The notes beneath the pieces were generated by a model, which saw only the letters and a list, made by a program, of their open reading frames with translations, made no database searches and was not told the origin of the DNA. This document shows positions 39,031 through 49,359 of a stretch of 64,000 nt of DNA, in pieces (positions within the stretch are counted from its first letter, which is position 1; each line of letters starts with the position of its first letter). Position numbers and translations under genes: made by a program. The DNA is taken from NCBI GenBank assembly GCA_030603365.1, contig JAUVXV010000002.1, positions 384,001-448,000 on the forward strand, written 5' to 3'. The stretch is from Candidatus Heimdallarchaeota archaeon. Lineage in GTDB: Archaea > Asgardarchaeota > Heimdallarchaeia > Heimdallarchaeales > Heimdallarchaeaceae.

Positions 39031-40344
39031 TTATTTGAAAGTTTCATGTTTCTTTCCTTGACGAATTTTGCGCCTACGCTTTGGTTTATCAAGTTCTTTT
39101 AGTGTTTCAGCCCCCTGGGTTGAATAATATCTTCCTCTCCATGAAACTTTCTTTCCTCTTAAGCCATAAACAATTGCCACAACAATTACTACAAAGTTGA
39201 CTAATTGTGTTATTGGAAAGAATAAAGCTATCCACCATCTCAAATCACCCTTTTTCCTCCAATAAAAATAGTATGTTGCTGCATATGCTAGATATAAACC
39301 AGAATTAACAATAATTCCAAATGTGTAATCAGTCCAGAAGAAATACTGTCCATCATTAAAGAATGATTGAATTAAGAAATAAGGTGCAAACAGGAAGTAT
39401 AAGAGCCATAATATCATAAAACCTATTCTCCAAGGTGTTAATGTAACAATTCCACCCCATATTGCTCGTCTGAATGCTCTAAAGAATTGATTGAAACCTT
39501 CTGGGTACATTCGGGTTTGCACTAAACGGGTTCCATCTATGAAACTTAGCCCTAACTCTTTTTCTTTACACAACTTTGCTAATGCAACATCCTCTACAAG
39601 AGAACTACTTATAGCCATATGCCCACCTAGTTCTTCATAGCCATTTCTTGTAAAAAGCATATACTGACCAGAAGCTAGAAAAGAATCTTTGATGTAAGGA
39701 TTACTTATATCATCTCTTGGTCCGCCACATAGAAAACTCAAGAAATAAAGATAGGATGGGAAGAATTCGTAGAATTTGTAAGCTTCAAGATAGGGTAACA
39801 GAGAGAATAATACAACTTCAGAACCTAAAAGGTGTGAAACTGTAATCCTTAGTGATCCGGGAGTATGTTTTGTATCAGCATCAGTAAATAATAAAACATC
39901 TCCTTGAGCGGCTTGATAGCCTACGTGGCAGCCATAAGATTTACCAATCCATCCAGTTGGAAGATTCTCGTCAATTAGCACATTCACCCCGAAGGATTCA
40001 GCAATTTCGACAGTCTTATCTTTTGAACCTCCATCAACGACTAATATTTCATAGTTAGGATAATCAAGTCTAGTTAAACTGGTTAGACACTTCCGAATAT
40101 TTACTTCTTCTTCCAACGTTGGAACTATAATTGAAACAAACGGAAAATCCTCATTCTTTAAATCTAAAATATGCCAGCCATTACGACTGTTCTGTACCAG
40201 TACAAAAAAGTACACAAAACAGACTACAACTAGTGAAATATATAGTGATTCAAAGAACCAGCCCACTTTATACACCTGATGATTACGTTTGCGATTATAT
40301 GTACGAACTTCTTTATATACTTTATCAGCTTTTGTTTTCTTCAT
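39031..40344 (-). CDS. Membrane-bound GT2 glycosyltransferase (CrtQ/HpnB-like)
   Basis: VSIIVP, VVDGGSKD, 'GWIGK', FTDADT, GQY, VED; flanking TMs. Confidence 0.88.
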   Translation of the reverse strand: MKKTKADKVYKEVRTYNRKRNHQVYKVGWFFESLYISLVVVCFVYFFVLVQNSRNGWHILDLKNEDFPFVSIIVPTLEEEVNIRKCLTSLTRLDYPNYEILVVDGGSKDKTVEIAESFGVNVLIDENLPTGWIGKSYGCHVGYQAAQGDVLLFTDADTKHTPGSLRITVSHLLGSEVVLFSLLPYLEAYKFYEFFPSYLYFLSFLCGGPRDDISNPYIKDSFLASGQYMLFTRNGYEELGGHMAISSSLVEDVALAKLCKEKELGLSFIDGTRLVQTRMYPEGFNQFFRAFRRAIWGGIVTLTPWRIGFMILWLLYFLFAPYFLIQSFFNDGQYFFWTDYTFGIIVNSGLYLAYAATYYFYWRKKGDLRWWIALFFPITQLVNFVVIVVAIVYGLRGKKVSWRGRYYSTQGAETLKELDKPKRRRKIRQGKKHETFK

Positions 40345-40447
40345 ATATTTTCCTAATTGATTAATAATTCGTTTAAATCAAATTTGTAACCCAAATAGAA
40401 GTAAAAATAATAGAAATAGAAAATTAAAAGGAAAAGTAAATAGTAAC

Positions 40448-41413
40448 TTATGTTGTTTGGATTGGACCTTCGGGTGTCATATAAACGGTATGTTCATGTT
40501 GACTAATCAAAGCCTCTGAAGTATCAGAAAGAACATGATATTGATACAAAGCACCTACATTGCTTAATTCTCTTATACCCATTTTAGCTTTAGCAGGTCC
40601 TAATGCCTTGTAAATCCACCTGGTTGCGACAGGAAGACGATGATATTCTCTTTCCAACAATCTTCGAACTTGTTTTGCTGAATCTGTACGCAATGGAAAT
40701 CTTCCATCAGCTAAACGAACAATATACAACTTAGTTCTATCTTGATGTGATTCACCAGAACCAGTTGATGCAAAAGTTTCTATTGCATATACCTCATCTT
40801 GTAGAATCAGATTACCTTTCCTACCGGCTACATTAGGTATAGATTTAGGTCCGTGGACTCTATAAGGAAGTAGTAAATGACCTGAAAGATCCTTTACGGT
40901 GGTAAAACCATATCCTTCAATTATATTCTCAATAAGATCTCCTAGTTTCCCAGTATACCCACCTGCGCGAATAACTTTTACAGCTGTTTCGGTAGCTTCT
41001 TTGCTAGCCTTAATCAAATCATTGTGAACGTCATCAAAAGCTACTGTAAGTGCAGTATCAGCGATAAATCCGTCATATTGAACTCCACAATCAATCTTAA
41101 CTACATCTCCTTTTTTTAGAACCAATTCATCTTCCCAAGGACTTGTATAATGAGCAGCATGATTATTAATTGCAACGTTAAGAGGAAACGCTGGTTTCAT
41201 TCCTGCGTCTGCGATCATTTTATCAGCAGTTTCACACAAATCTAATGCTTTAATTCCTGGTTTAGCCATCCCTTTGAGATGTTGAAGAATACTCTTAGCA
41301 ACTTCCCCTGCCTTCTTGTATTTCTCTAAGGGAGTTTCTTCTATTTCTTCTTCTTTAACCTCTTCTGTTTTTTCTTCTTTGACTTCCTCTTTAGTCTTTT
41401 TTTCTTCAGCCAT
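40448..41413 (-). CDS. map: Type II methionine aminopeptidase
   Basis: AFP, AAHYT, KIDCG, DTA, LSGH, AIETF, QHEHT. Confidence 0.96.
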   Translation of the reverse strand: MAEEKKTKEEVKEEKTEEVKEEEIEETPLEKYKKAGEVAKSILQHLKGMAKPGIKALDLCETADKMIADAGMKPAFPLNVAINNHAAHYTSPWEDELVLKKGDVVKIDCGVQYDGFIADTALTVAFDDVHNDLIKASKEATETAVKVIRAGGYTGKLGDLIENIIEGYGFTTVKDLSGHLLLPYRVHGPKSIPNVAGRKGNLILQDEVYAIETFASTGSGESHQDRTKLYIVRLADGRFPLRTDSAKQVRRLLEREYHRLPVATRWIYKALGPAKAKMGIRELSNVGALYQYHVLSDTSEALISQHEHTVYMTPEGPIQTT

Positions 41414-41507
41414 TTATTTTCACCAGAATTGAATTCTACTCCATTTTAATATATTTAACTCTGATGTTTTGACACAAAAATTAGAAAAAGAAAAAGAGGG
41501 GAAAAGT

Positions 41508-43322
41508 TTAGGGTGGTATTATGTTAGGAAATCCAGCTATAATGCTCACAATCGCACCGATGAATAGAATAGCAACAAGCACCCATCCTGCAATATCTTT
41601 ATTAGAACTGAAAGTAGTTTGACCGTCTCGTGTATACATTTTCTTTATCATCACAATTGGTCTTGGTGTTCTTCTATACCATCCAATAATTGTTACTTGA
41701 GAACCTATCACTTTTTCAACTCTAAATATTGCAGTTATCCATCTCATGAAACCAAACAAAGGATTATAATCCAAAGTTATTATTCCAGTTGGATCTTGTA
41801 AGACCACATCTTCACTGAAGTAGTATCCTGGTGTACCTCTTCCAATTATTGTTCCTTGTAAATGGATTGGTTTACCTCTAAATGGCGAAGCTTCTGCATA
41901 TCCGTCATCTGAAACATCAGTGACAGAGTGCATAATGGGAACTAATGGAAGATCTTCATGGAGTTTAGGATAACGCACTCTAACTCTCCAAATCCACAAA
42001 AATCCAACTAATGCAAGTCCTACCCCAACTCCTATCCAAACCATGTTCATATCTACTGACCAGATACCATAGAGATCAAAGAAGTAGAAGAATGCTCCTG
42101 CTCCAGGAACAAGGAATAATAGTAATGGTGTGACATAAGACAAGAATAAGTCAATTAAGAACTCATCCCAAAGAGTTTCTTTTATCTGGTCTGTTCCTAA
42201 ATCTGGAAATGTTCTTGGCATCTGCATTTCTTCAGATAGATCGTCTAATGCTAGAAGTCTTTTTGCCGCCAATGGATGTGTGGATTGTAATTCTAGAAAT
42301 CCAGCCCATGGACTTTCCAAATCCCAAGCAGCGGCTTTAACTACCATCTCTGGTTTAACTTCACCAACTTTGGCTTGAGCATAAGCAGACATTATAAGAC
42401 CTTTAGCTGCTTTAATATCAAAAATGTTCAAGGATCGAGTTGTATTAGTAAAATTAGAACGTGAATAAGCTCTAGTTCTTGTTCTTCTGTCAACTCCTTT
42501 ATCGCTCATTGTAGTAGCATAAGCTGCCTGAGTTTGAACCATTCCGTAAGCTATTTTGACTAATGCCGTTGATAGTCCTTTAGGATTGTTAGTTTCTTGT
42601 CCTGAAAATCTATCAGCATAATATTCCCTAACCCTGCTTAGGAAAAGAACTATGAATTGGCTTATAATATAGAATATATAAGAAACAATCATGGTTACAA
42701 CAGCTGCAGTAGCAATTGCAGCAGCGGCTTTGTTATCATCACCACCAGAGATAAATCCTACTCTGAGGAATCCTCTAGAGAAAATATAGAAAGTGTAAAG
42801 TATCATAGGAACTGCGGCTGCAATAGTCATGAAAAGAAAATCACGATGAGCAATGTGTCCCAACTCATGAGCAACCACACCTTTTTGTTCTTCTGGGGTA
42901 AGAAGATTAAGTAATCCATCAGAAATTACTATTCTGGCATTCTTTTTGAATCTTCCATAAGTAAGAGCTGTTGGCATTTGATCATGAATCATACCTATTT
43001 TCTTAACTGATATATTTTGCAATTGGCTCTGGTCTGCAATTAATTGAGCAAGATGTGGTGGCAATTGCATAGGATCAATCCATGTCATTTTGTAAAGCCA
43101 TCTGAAATTTAGGTCTAGAAGCCAAGGAGATATTAGAAATTGTAGAAGAATAATCCCTATGGCAATCAATATTGGAAAGAGTATTATTGTGAAAGAATAC
43201 GAATCTGCTAATACAAATCCATAATAATTTGCTACAAGCACTGCTCCAATAACAACTGCATAAACTAATCCCCATAGGAAAGCTAACGTCAACATTCCTC
43301 TGAAAAGTATTTTAGATTTCAT
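41508..43322 (-). CDS. htpX: HtpX-like M48 zinc metalloprotease with C-terminal extension
   Basis: HELGH, SRVREYYAD, STHP; extra TMs and OB-like 'LQDPTG' region. Confidence 0.88.
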   Translation of the reverse strand: MKSKILFRGMLTLAFLWGLVYAVVIGAVLVANYYGFVLADSYSFTIILFPILIAIGIILLQFLISPWLLDLNFRWLYKMTWIDPMQLPPHLAQLIADQSQLQNISVKKIGMIHDQMPTALTYGRFKKNARIVISDGLLNLLTPEEQKGVVAHELGHIAHRDFLFMTIAAAVPMILYTFYIFSRGFLRVGFISGGDDNKAAAAIATAAVVTMIVSYIFYIISQFIVLFLSRVREYYADRFSGQETNNPKGLSTALVKIAYGMVQTQAAYATTMSDKGVDRRTRTRAYSRSNFTNTTRSLNIFDIKAAKGLIMSAYAQAKVGEVKPEMVVKAAAWDLESPWAGFLELQSTHPLAAKRLLALDDLSEEMQMPRTFPDLGTDQIKETLWDEFLIDLFLSYVTPLLLFLVPGAGAFFYFFDLYGIWSVDMNMVWIGVGVGLALVGFLWIWRVRVRYPKLHEDLPLVPIMHSVTDVSDDGYAEASPFRGKPIHLQGTIIGRGTPGYYFSEDVVLQDPTGIITLDYNPLFGFMRWITAIFRVEKVIGSQVTIIGWYRRTPRPIVMIKKMYTRDGQTTFSSNKDIAGWVLVAILFIGAIVSIIAGFPNIIPP

Positions 43323-43396
43323 GTTATCAAGATAAACAGTTCACTTACTAGTATAAATAACTTCATTTTTTGAAGAAAAATAAAATGAGAAGAAAA

Positions 43397-44881
43397 TTAA
43401 TTCTTTCTTCTTCTATTTATTATGAATACCACTGCAACAAAGAGTGAAATTATTGAGAAAAATGCAAAACTTCCTTCATCTGTTGGTGTGGGGGTTTCTG
43501 TTGGTGTGGGGGTTTCTGTTACTGGAACATAGAAAGGATAAGTAAAGTTTGATGTTCTTGCTCCTTCAACACTCGATAATGCTGTTCCTCCACAGACAAA
43601 ACCTGATTCTATTCCTAGAAGGGAGAGCGTAGTTGGTGCAACATCTCTAATACTTGTTCCGCCAATTGTAGAGTTTTGCTTAATACCTGGACCTGCAACC
43701 ATGAAGATTCCTTGCATTTCAAGATTATCGTTCAGATACCCATGCATACCCACATAAGGTGACCCAAAATGTCTTGACATCCCTTGATCTAACCAAACAG
43801 AGATATTTACACCTCGATCGTGATGGTTAAGATTTATTGCATCATTTTCTTCATTTACATAAACAGTTTGAATACCAGGTGCTCCTTTTAAGTAACTTGC
43901 AAATTCCTCTACTTTAGAAGTGTTTGTTTCTCCAATGAAGTAAAGTAGCTCAAATGCAGCATCATGTGCAATATAAGGAGTTAGAGAGGTATTTCCCACA
44001 GCATCTAAATAGAATTGTTTATCCTCTAAGAAATAGTAACTATCAGTTACTGTTGCCATTCCATGATCAGATGTTAGAATGACTACTGTATCCTTCAACA
44101 AATCATTTTTCTCTAGTTGGGAGAAGAAATTGTGCAGTGCATTATTTATAGAATGAATTACAGCTTCAACGGTACTAGAATCAACTCCTGAATAATGTCC
44201 TGCAGCATCAACTCCTGGCAACCAAGCATAGACAAGTTCTATTTCAGGATCACTAACAATTACCTGAGCTGTTTTTGCAGTTATTCCGTAATCAGTCCTC
44301 ATATCGTGATCTCCAAACCAGTCATAATCAAAAAGATATGTTGGACTAATTCCACCATAATATGTACCTTCATCTACATATGGCCATGCAAACACTGCAG
44401 TCTTAACAGCATTTTCTTCAGCATGTATTACTGAAGGTTTAGAAGTTAAAAGATGTAATCCTGTATTGGTATCTCGATATGGATCTAAGGGGTCAGAAAA
44501 GAGTGAGTATGACTTATTGTCTTCCCAGTCATAGAATGTGTTTCCTATAATGCCATGTTCATCGACATGATTTCCAGTTATCATAGACACATGATTTACA
44601 GCAGTTACTGTAGGATTTGATGAAACTTGATAATCAGCTACGACACCTTCATCCATGAACCATTGAAAAACAGGTTCATCATCTGTTTTGGATATATAAT
44701 CATAGCGGAAAGCATCTATACTGAATACGACGACCCTATTTATGGTATTAACAACATAGTTCAATTCTGTTATTTTTTCATTTTCTTTTGCAGTTATTAC
44801 TGATGAGGAGATTAACAGAGTTCCTAACAGTAAAACAATCATTAGGGATTTTGAAAATGTTTTTGCTTTCATATTACTCAA
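43397..44881 (-). CDS. Surface-anchored alkaline-phosphatase superfamily enzyme (nucleotide pyrophosphatase/phosphodiesterase)
   Basis: SIDAFR, PTVTAVNH, DAAGH, SDHGM, GMHGY; signal peptide; PT linker, TM and RRRK tail. Confidence 0.9.
   Translation of the reverse strand: MSNMKAKTFSKSLMIVLLLGTLLISSSVITAKENEKITELNYVVNTINRVVVFSIDAFRYDYISKTDDEPVFQWFMDEGVVADYQVSSNPTVTAVNHVSMITGNHVDEHGIIGNTFYDWEDNKSYSLFSDPLDPYRDTNTGLHLLTSKPSVIHAEENAVKTAVFAWPYVDEGTYYGGISPTYLFDYDWFGDHDMRTDYGITAKTAQVIVSDPEIELVYAWLPGVDAAGHYSGVDSSTVEAVIHSINNALHNFFSQLEKNDLLKDTVVILTSDHGMATVTDSYYFLEDKQFYLDAVGNTSLTPYIAHDAAFELLYFIGETNTSKVEEFASYLKGAPGIQTVYVNEENDAINLNHHDRGVNISVWLDQGMSRHFGSPYVGMHGYLNDNLEMQGIFMVAGPGIKQNSTIGGTSIRDVAPTTLSLLGIESGFVCGGTALSSVEGARTSNFTYPFYVPVTETPTPTETPTPTDEGSFAFFSIISLFVAVVFIINRRRKN
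43480..43520. repeat. 18-bp tandem repeat (CTGTTGGTGTGGGGGTTT x2 plus partial) encoding the TETPTP linker
   Basis: Read directly; in frame within the ENPP gene. Confidence 0.9.
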
Positions 44882-44938
44882 GAATTAGTTATTATCATTC
44901 ATTATATTTCTTTCGTAGAGAAATGTGACATCTAAGTA

Positions 44939-45607
44939 TTATTTGCAATACATTTGAAGAAGGTCTGTCATAGAACCAATAATTGCCTTAGCTTCAATCT
45001 TCTTTCTTCGTGTTCCTGGAGCACCTTCTGAACCAAAGTAAATGAAATCAATATCTGCGTTTAATGCAGTCTCTGCATCTACCCATGAATCTCCAATAAA
45101 AACTGTAGTTTCTTCATTCTTCTGGAATTTCTCCATTAGTTTATAAATTCCTTCTGGATTTGGTTTACTATTAGTTACATCATCCCTAGTTAAAACATAC
45201 TCAAAAAGATGATTGAAATTATATTTTTCTAATGCATAATCAGTTAGTTTTCTTGAGTTATTTGTATAAATAACCAAAATATGTCCTGCATTTTTTAGTT
45301 CTTCAAGTGAATTTACCACATCTTTTTCGACAAATGCTTTTTCATAGCCTTCAAGTTCATGGTTTTCAACCATTTTCCAAGCTTTTTCATGTAGTCTGTT
45401 GGATGGGTCTTTATCTTTAATGAGTTGAACTAATTCAAGAATTGTGTAAATTGTACCCTCAATCTCAAAATATTCCTCTTTCGAAACAATATCTTTCAGT
45501 AACTCTCTTAATCCATCTCTCACACCCATATAATCAATATCAGACTGAATCAAAGTTCCATCCATATCAAATATCAGAAGAAGTTGAGCAGAATTCATTT
45601 CTTTCAC
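44939..45607 (-). CDS. HAD-superfamily hydrolase (IA)
   Basis: FDMDGTL, YTN, KPNPEG, IGDSWVD. Confidence 0.92.
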   Translation of the reverse strand: MKEMNSAQLLLIFDMDGTLIQSDIDYMGVRDGLRELLKDIVSKEEYFEIEGTIYTILELVQLIKDKDPSNRLHEKAWKMVENHELEGYEKAFVEKDVVNSLEELKNAGHILVIYTNNSRKLTDYALEKYNFNHLFEYVLTRDDVTNSKPNPEGIYKLMEKFQKNEETTVFIGDSWVDAETALNADIDFIYFGSEGAPGTRRKKIEAKAIIGSMTDLLQMYCK

Positions 45608-45710
45608 TTTTTGAAGATTTTACATGAATTATTAATAATTTGGGAATATACATTACAGAACTATAGTTAATCTTTTATTTTTAGTTCTTCAATAGTATTT
45701 TGGTGTTCCT

Positions 45711-46934
45711 TTGGCTTCAAAGATTCTTGAATTTAAGTTCATAAAGTATGAACCTGTTTTATCAAACCTTAAAGATACATATAATCAATATTCAAATTGT
45801 TACAATGATTTCAAAAAAGCTGGAGAGGAAAATGTTGCTTTTAAGGTTCTCTCATATCATTATGCAGGAATGCTATATGTGATAAAAGGAGACGAACTAG
45901 TTTCGAAGAAGAAATTTGAAGAAGCTCTCACTAACTACGAAGAAGGTTTAAAGCTGATTAATCGTTCCAGAGCTTCAAGAGGAAGAGAAGGAGATAAGAT
46001 CTTCAATGAAATGTTTATGTGGATTAACCATTGCGAAGGAATGCTAAGAATATGTAAAAGTTTCACTGAGACAGACACAACTAAAAGATTAAACCATATC
46101 GAAGAAAGTGTCACATATTTCAATAATTTTTATGATACGAGAAAACTTGAGGAAGACATTATTAACACAAAAGCAGCTGAAGCGAGATTAAGCTATGCAG
46201 AATATAGGTTTAATTTCATCAAATCAGAATTGTATTCTGATGACACAAAAACTTCTAAGAAGCATCTTTTAAAGGCAAGATCTAGCATTATGAAGGCTAA
46301 TTACGTGTATAATTCTTTGTTCGATGAACTGGAAGACTTACAAAATAGAGTTGATGAAATTACTAAACTTCACATAGTTGGTAGGGCTGAAGGCTTCTGG
46401 GATCAAGGAATACAACACATAACGGAGAGCAATTTTAATGAAGCTCAAAGGCATTTTACCATAGCATCAAAATACTACGCCCGAGCAAGCGTTATTTGTG
46501 CTAATTTCATGGAACAGAGATTGTATCTAGCCTTATCTAGAATAACTGAAGCAAGTCAGTACGAATCAGAAGCAAATGAGATGTATAAAAGGCAAGATAA
46601 ACCAAAAGAAGCTAGTGAGTTGTTCAACGAAGCGGTTAATATTGTTGATATAGCTTTAGGGTTGTTAACAAGTATAAAGAGTGAATCTTTGATTAATAAT
46701 ATGACTGCTCAAAGGTCTTTTTATGAAGCTCTTTCATTCGAAACAGAAGGAATATATCTATTTGATTGTGAACAATTTGAAGAAGCTTTAAAATTATTCG
46801 AAGATGCTATGAAGAAGCTTGAAGAAACCCAATTAAGCGCTTCAGAAGGTAACATTGACCAGTTATTAGAGTTTGTTAGAACTGCTAAGAGTGAAGTAGA
46901 AGGGTATATTTCCATGACACAAGCAATGATCTAG
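45711..46934 (+). CDS. TPR-like alpha-helical repeat protein
   Basis: Recurrent 'G......FEEA...(Y/F)E.(G/A)' helical hairpins. Confidence 0.6.
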   Translation: MASKILEFKFIKYEPVLSNLKDTYNQYSNCYNDFKKAGEENVAFKVLSYHYAGMLYVIKGDELVSKKKFEEALTNYEEGLKLINRSRASRGREGDKIFNEMFMWINHCEGMLRICKSFTETDTTKRLNHIEESVTYFNNFYDTRKLEEDIINTKAAEARLSYAEYRFNFIKSELYSDDTKTSKKHLLKARSSIMKANYVYNSLFDELEDLQNRVDEITKLHIVGRAEGFWDQGIQHITESNFNEAQRHFTIASKYYARASVICANFMEQRLYLALSRITEASQYESEANEMYKRQDKPKEASELFNEAVNIVDIALGLLTSIKSESLINNMTAQRSFYEALSFETEGIYLFDCEQFEEALKLFEDAMKKLEETQLSASEGNIDQLLEFVRTAKSEVEGYISMTQAMI

Positions 46935-49143
46935 AAAAAGATAAGGGTTGTTCTAGTTTATTTACTATCACGCTAATCTCGAATTTCACAGACGTATGTA
47001 TGTTCAAACCGGTTTGTATCCATTGAGGTGGGCTGGGTGGATTTGTATCCAGCATGCTATACCAAGCTTCATCAGTTAAACGATCACCTGAAGGATGTTC
47101 AAATTCATAATATGAAAATGTTGCTCCACGAGTTAAATACAAATTTCCTTCATGATCTTGAACTACAACATAGATTGTATAAGGATCTCCTACACCAACT
47201 TCTAATACCTTATCATCACAAGTATGGACGTCTGCAATTACAGCTGTTCTATCTTCTTCCTCATTAGAATCGGGATCTTCAGAATCGAAAGTTGTGATCT
47301 CAAGTAAACTCCCACCAACTCCATCAATATAATCAAGATCAGAATCTATTGATTTATTCTCTAATTCTTTCACACTTATCTCAGCTAGTTTTTCAAAATG
47401 AAAAGCTGCCCAATATAGTTTACTTTCAAAATCATCGAGTAGTAATCCACGTGATTCTAAACCATCATACATCATTCTTGTTAAACTAGCTAGCCTTGAG
47501 TAAACGTGTGGATAGGGTTCAACATATCCATGATGAATATCAGGCCATATTACTCCAGGTATTGTATAGGATTGTTTAGCATATAAAATTGTATCATGCC
47601 TCAACTCTGCCCAAGAACCCAAAGTTGTCATTAATGCTTTATCAGCCCATCTGGAACTCTGCATAAAGCCAGGATAACCATCAAAAGAATCACTTAACAG
47701 AGGAAAGAGAACATATAACCAAGTCCAATAAAGATTTTGAACCCATTCACTCTCATTCAAGCTTCTAAATTCATATCTTAGTTCACTTATTTGGTTATCA
47801 TAATCTGGATAGTCATCATTTTCGTTTTGCATGTAATAATCAGATCTTGGGCTACCGAAAACTGAAAAAACATCCAAACCGGTTGGAAATTTTCTACCTG
47901 AAACCTCTGTATCTACTAATTTTTGAAAGATATAAGAATCGGGGACAAATCTTTGCCCCATGAGTTTAAAACCAGGAAGGTTTCCTTGTGTCCCCATAGA
48001 ATTAATAAGAGGATTGCGAAGGGTAGAAATAGATTCTATCATAGTGGATATGAGTGACGATGAAGAAAGATCATCTCCAGATGGATAGTAGAAATTTTCC
48101 CAAACCTCGTAATATTCTTTTGGGGTTAGATCATCAGAAGCACCTACATAAAATTTTGTTGGCTCATATAATTTATCCCAATAATCCCATACAGTTTCAG
48201 AACCTATAGTTGAATTGAATGAAGAGATGAGTAACATAGCCATTCTAGTTTGTTCTATGTCTAATTCAGGATAATCGTCTATAGGGACAGTTGAAAAAAC
48301 CATTCTTCCAGCATACATCATTGCTTTGAAGTAATTTGCTAGAATTTCAGTACGAGTATAGTGTCCTCGAACAATATATTGAGTATAATCTTCAAAGTAA
48401 TCGAAAATCGCTGAAGGGGTTCTTACAGTGGCATTAATTAGATCAAGTTCTGCTTGAGTAAGCGTTACGACTTCAGTAGGAATTGTATTAGTTTCACTGA
48501 TAAGGTAAAGCATTACAGAAAGATAAGCAATATTTTTGTTTAAAGCATCATGAACACTTGATTCAGTTACTGTGGTATTTAGAGCAATTTGAGCATCTCG
48601 AAGTGCATATAGCATAGTCTCAAAATATTCAACAAATCTTTGCATCTCCAATAGTCTTAAACTGGTGTCATAAAGAACATGATAAGTATGTAAACACAAA
48701 TCAGTAGTTACAAATTTGGGTATCTCATACCCATCGTATTCGTTATCATAAACATCATATATATTCTTATATCCTTCATCTGCAATAGCGAAACCATATT
48801 GGCTTAATTGCTCTTTTATATTTGAATATACATATAGATCTTGTGTGTCAACATTTGACAAGTCAGATTTTATTTTCTTTGGACTAATACTTGGGGTATA
48901 ATTAAGATTTAAAGGAATAAAGGTTGAAAAATCATTTTCAATTTCATATTGTATGTTTAGAGTAGCTGCTGTATCCGCAATGAAACCTTCACCACTCCAG
49001 CCACCATCAGATGTTTCAGGTCTTAAAACAACAATGAGACTTGTTGTTATAATTATTATCAATAAGCTTGAAATTCCAATTATCAGCGTCTTCCTTCCTA
49101 CTTTAAACATACTATCACAAATCGCTAAAAATAGCTCATACAC
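46885..49143 (-). CDS. DUF3160 domain protein with N-terminal membrane anchor
   Basis: 'FVTTD..LHTYH', 'DYTQY.VRGHY', 'SWAELRHDTILYAKQSY', 'GYVEP', 'IADVHT', 'SYYEF'; likely start ATG 49110. Confidence 0.85.
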   Translation of the reverse strand: MYELFLAICDSMFKVGRKTLIIGISSLLIIIITTSLIVVLRPETSDGGWSGEGFIADTAATLNIQYEIENDFSTFIPLNLNYTPSISPKKIKSDLSNVDTQDLYVYSNIKEQLSQYGFAIADEGYKNIYDVYDNEYDGYEIPKFVTTDLCLHTYHVLYDTSLRLLEMQRFVEYFETMLYALRDAQIALNTTVTESSVHDALNKNIAYLSVMLYLISETNTIPTEVVTLTQAELDLINATVRTPSAIFDYFEDYTQYIVRGHYTRTEILANYFKAMMYAGRMVFSTVPIDDYPELDIEQTRMAMLLISSFNSTIGSETVWDYWDKLYEPTKFYVGASDDLTPKEYYEVWENFYYPSGDDLSSSSLISTMIESISTLRNPLINSMGTQGNLPGFKLMGQRFVPDSYIFQKLVDTEVSGRKFPTGLDVFSVFGSPRSDYYMQNENDDYPDYDNQISELRYEFRSLNESEWVQNLYWTWLYVLFPLLSDSFDGYPGFMQSSRWADKALMTTLGSWAELRHDTILYAKQSYTIPGVIWPDIHHGYVEPYPHVYSRLASLTRMMYDGLESRGLLLDDFESKLYWAAFHFEKLAEISVKELENKSIDSDLDYIDGVGGSLLEITTFDSEDPDSNEEEDRTAVIADVHTCDDKVLEVGVGDPYTIYVVVQDHEGNLYLTRGATFSYYEFEHPSGDRLTDEAWYSMLDTNPPSPPQWIQTGLNIHTSVKFEISVIVNKLEQPLSFSRSLLVSWKYTLLLHS

Positions 49144-49237
49144 ACTAATAAACTTTCTTGCTAAACGCTCTTAGACTTAAGGAATCATAAAATAACTAAA
49201 CAAAGACGAATTACTACTAATACGTTTTAGTTCTTTA

Positions 49238-49251
49238 CAGAAAACTTTAAA
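49238..49251 (+). promoter_or_regulatory. BRE + TATA box of the C/D guide RNA
   Basis: CAGAAAA-C-TTTAAA; the TATA ends 24 nt before the 5' stem at 49275, matching archaeal promoter spacing. Confidence 0.6.
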
Positions 49252-49274
49252 CTAGACCTAATCAAGTTCATTTT

Positions 49275-49353
49275 GGAGAATCATCTGTGAAGAAACAACG
49301 GTCTCGGATTCAGTAGAATATGACAGCTGATGGGCGGACTGAGGTGATTCTTC
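49275..49353 (+). ncRNA. Box C/D methylation guide sRNA (predicted targets 16S C1402 and 23S ~C2591, E. coli numbering)
   Basis: 11-bp terminal stem; C box GTGAAGA 49287-93; D' CGGA 49305-08; C' ATGACAG 49320-26; D box CTGA 49339-42; 11- and 12-nt guides antisense to conserved rRNA; T-rich tract after. Confidence 0.85.
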
Positions 49354-49359
49354 TTTATT

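Noticed and set aside
41330-41413. Low-complexity TTC-rich tract
   Set aside because: Encodes the Glu/Lys-rich N-terminus of Map; not an independent repeat.
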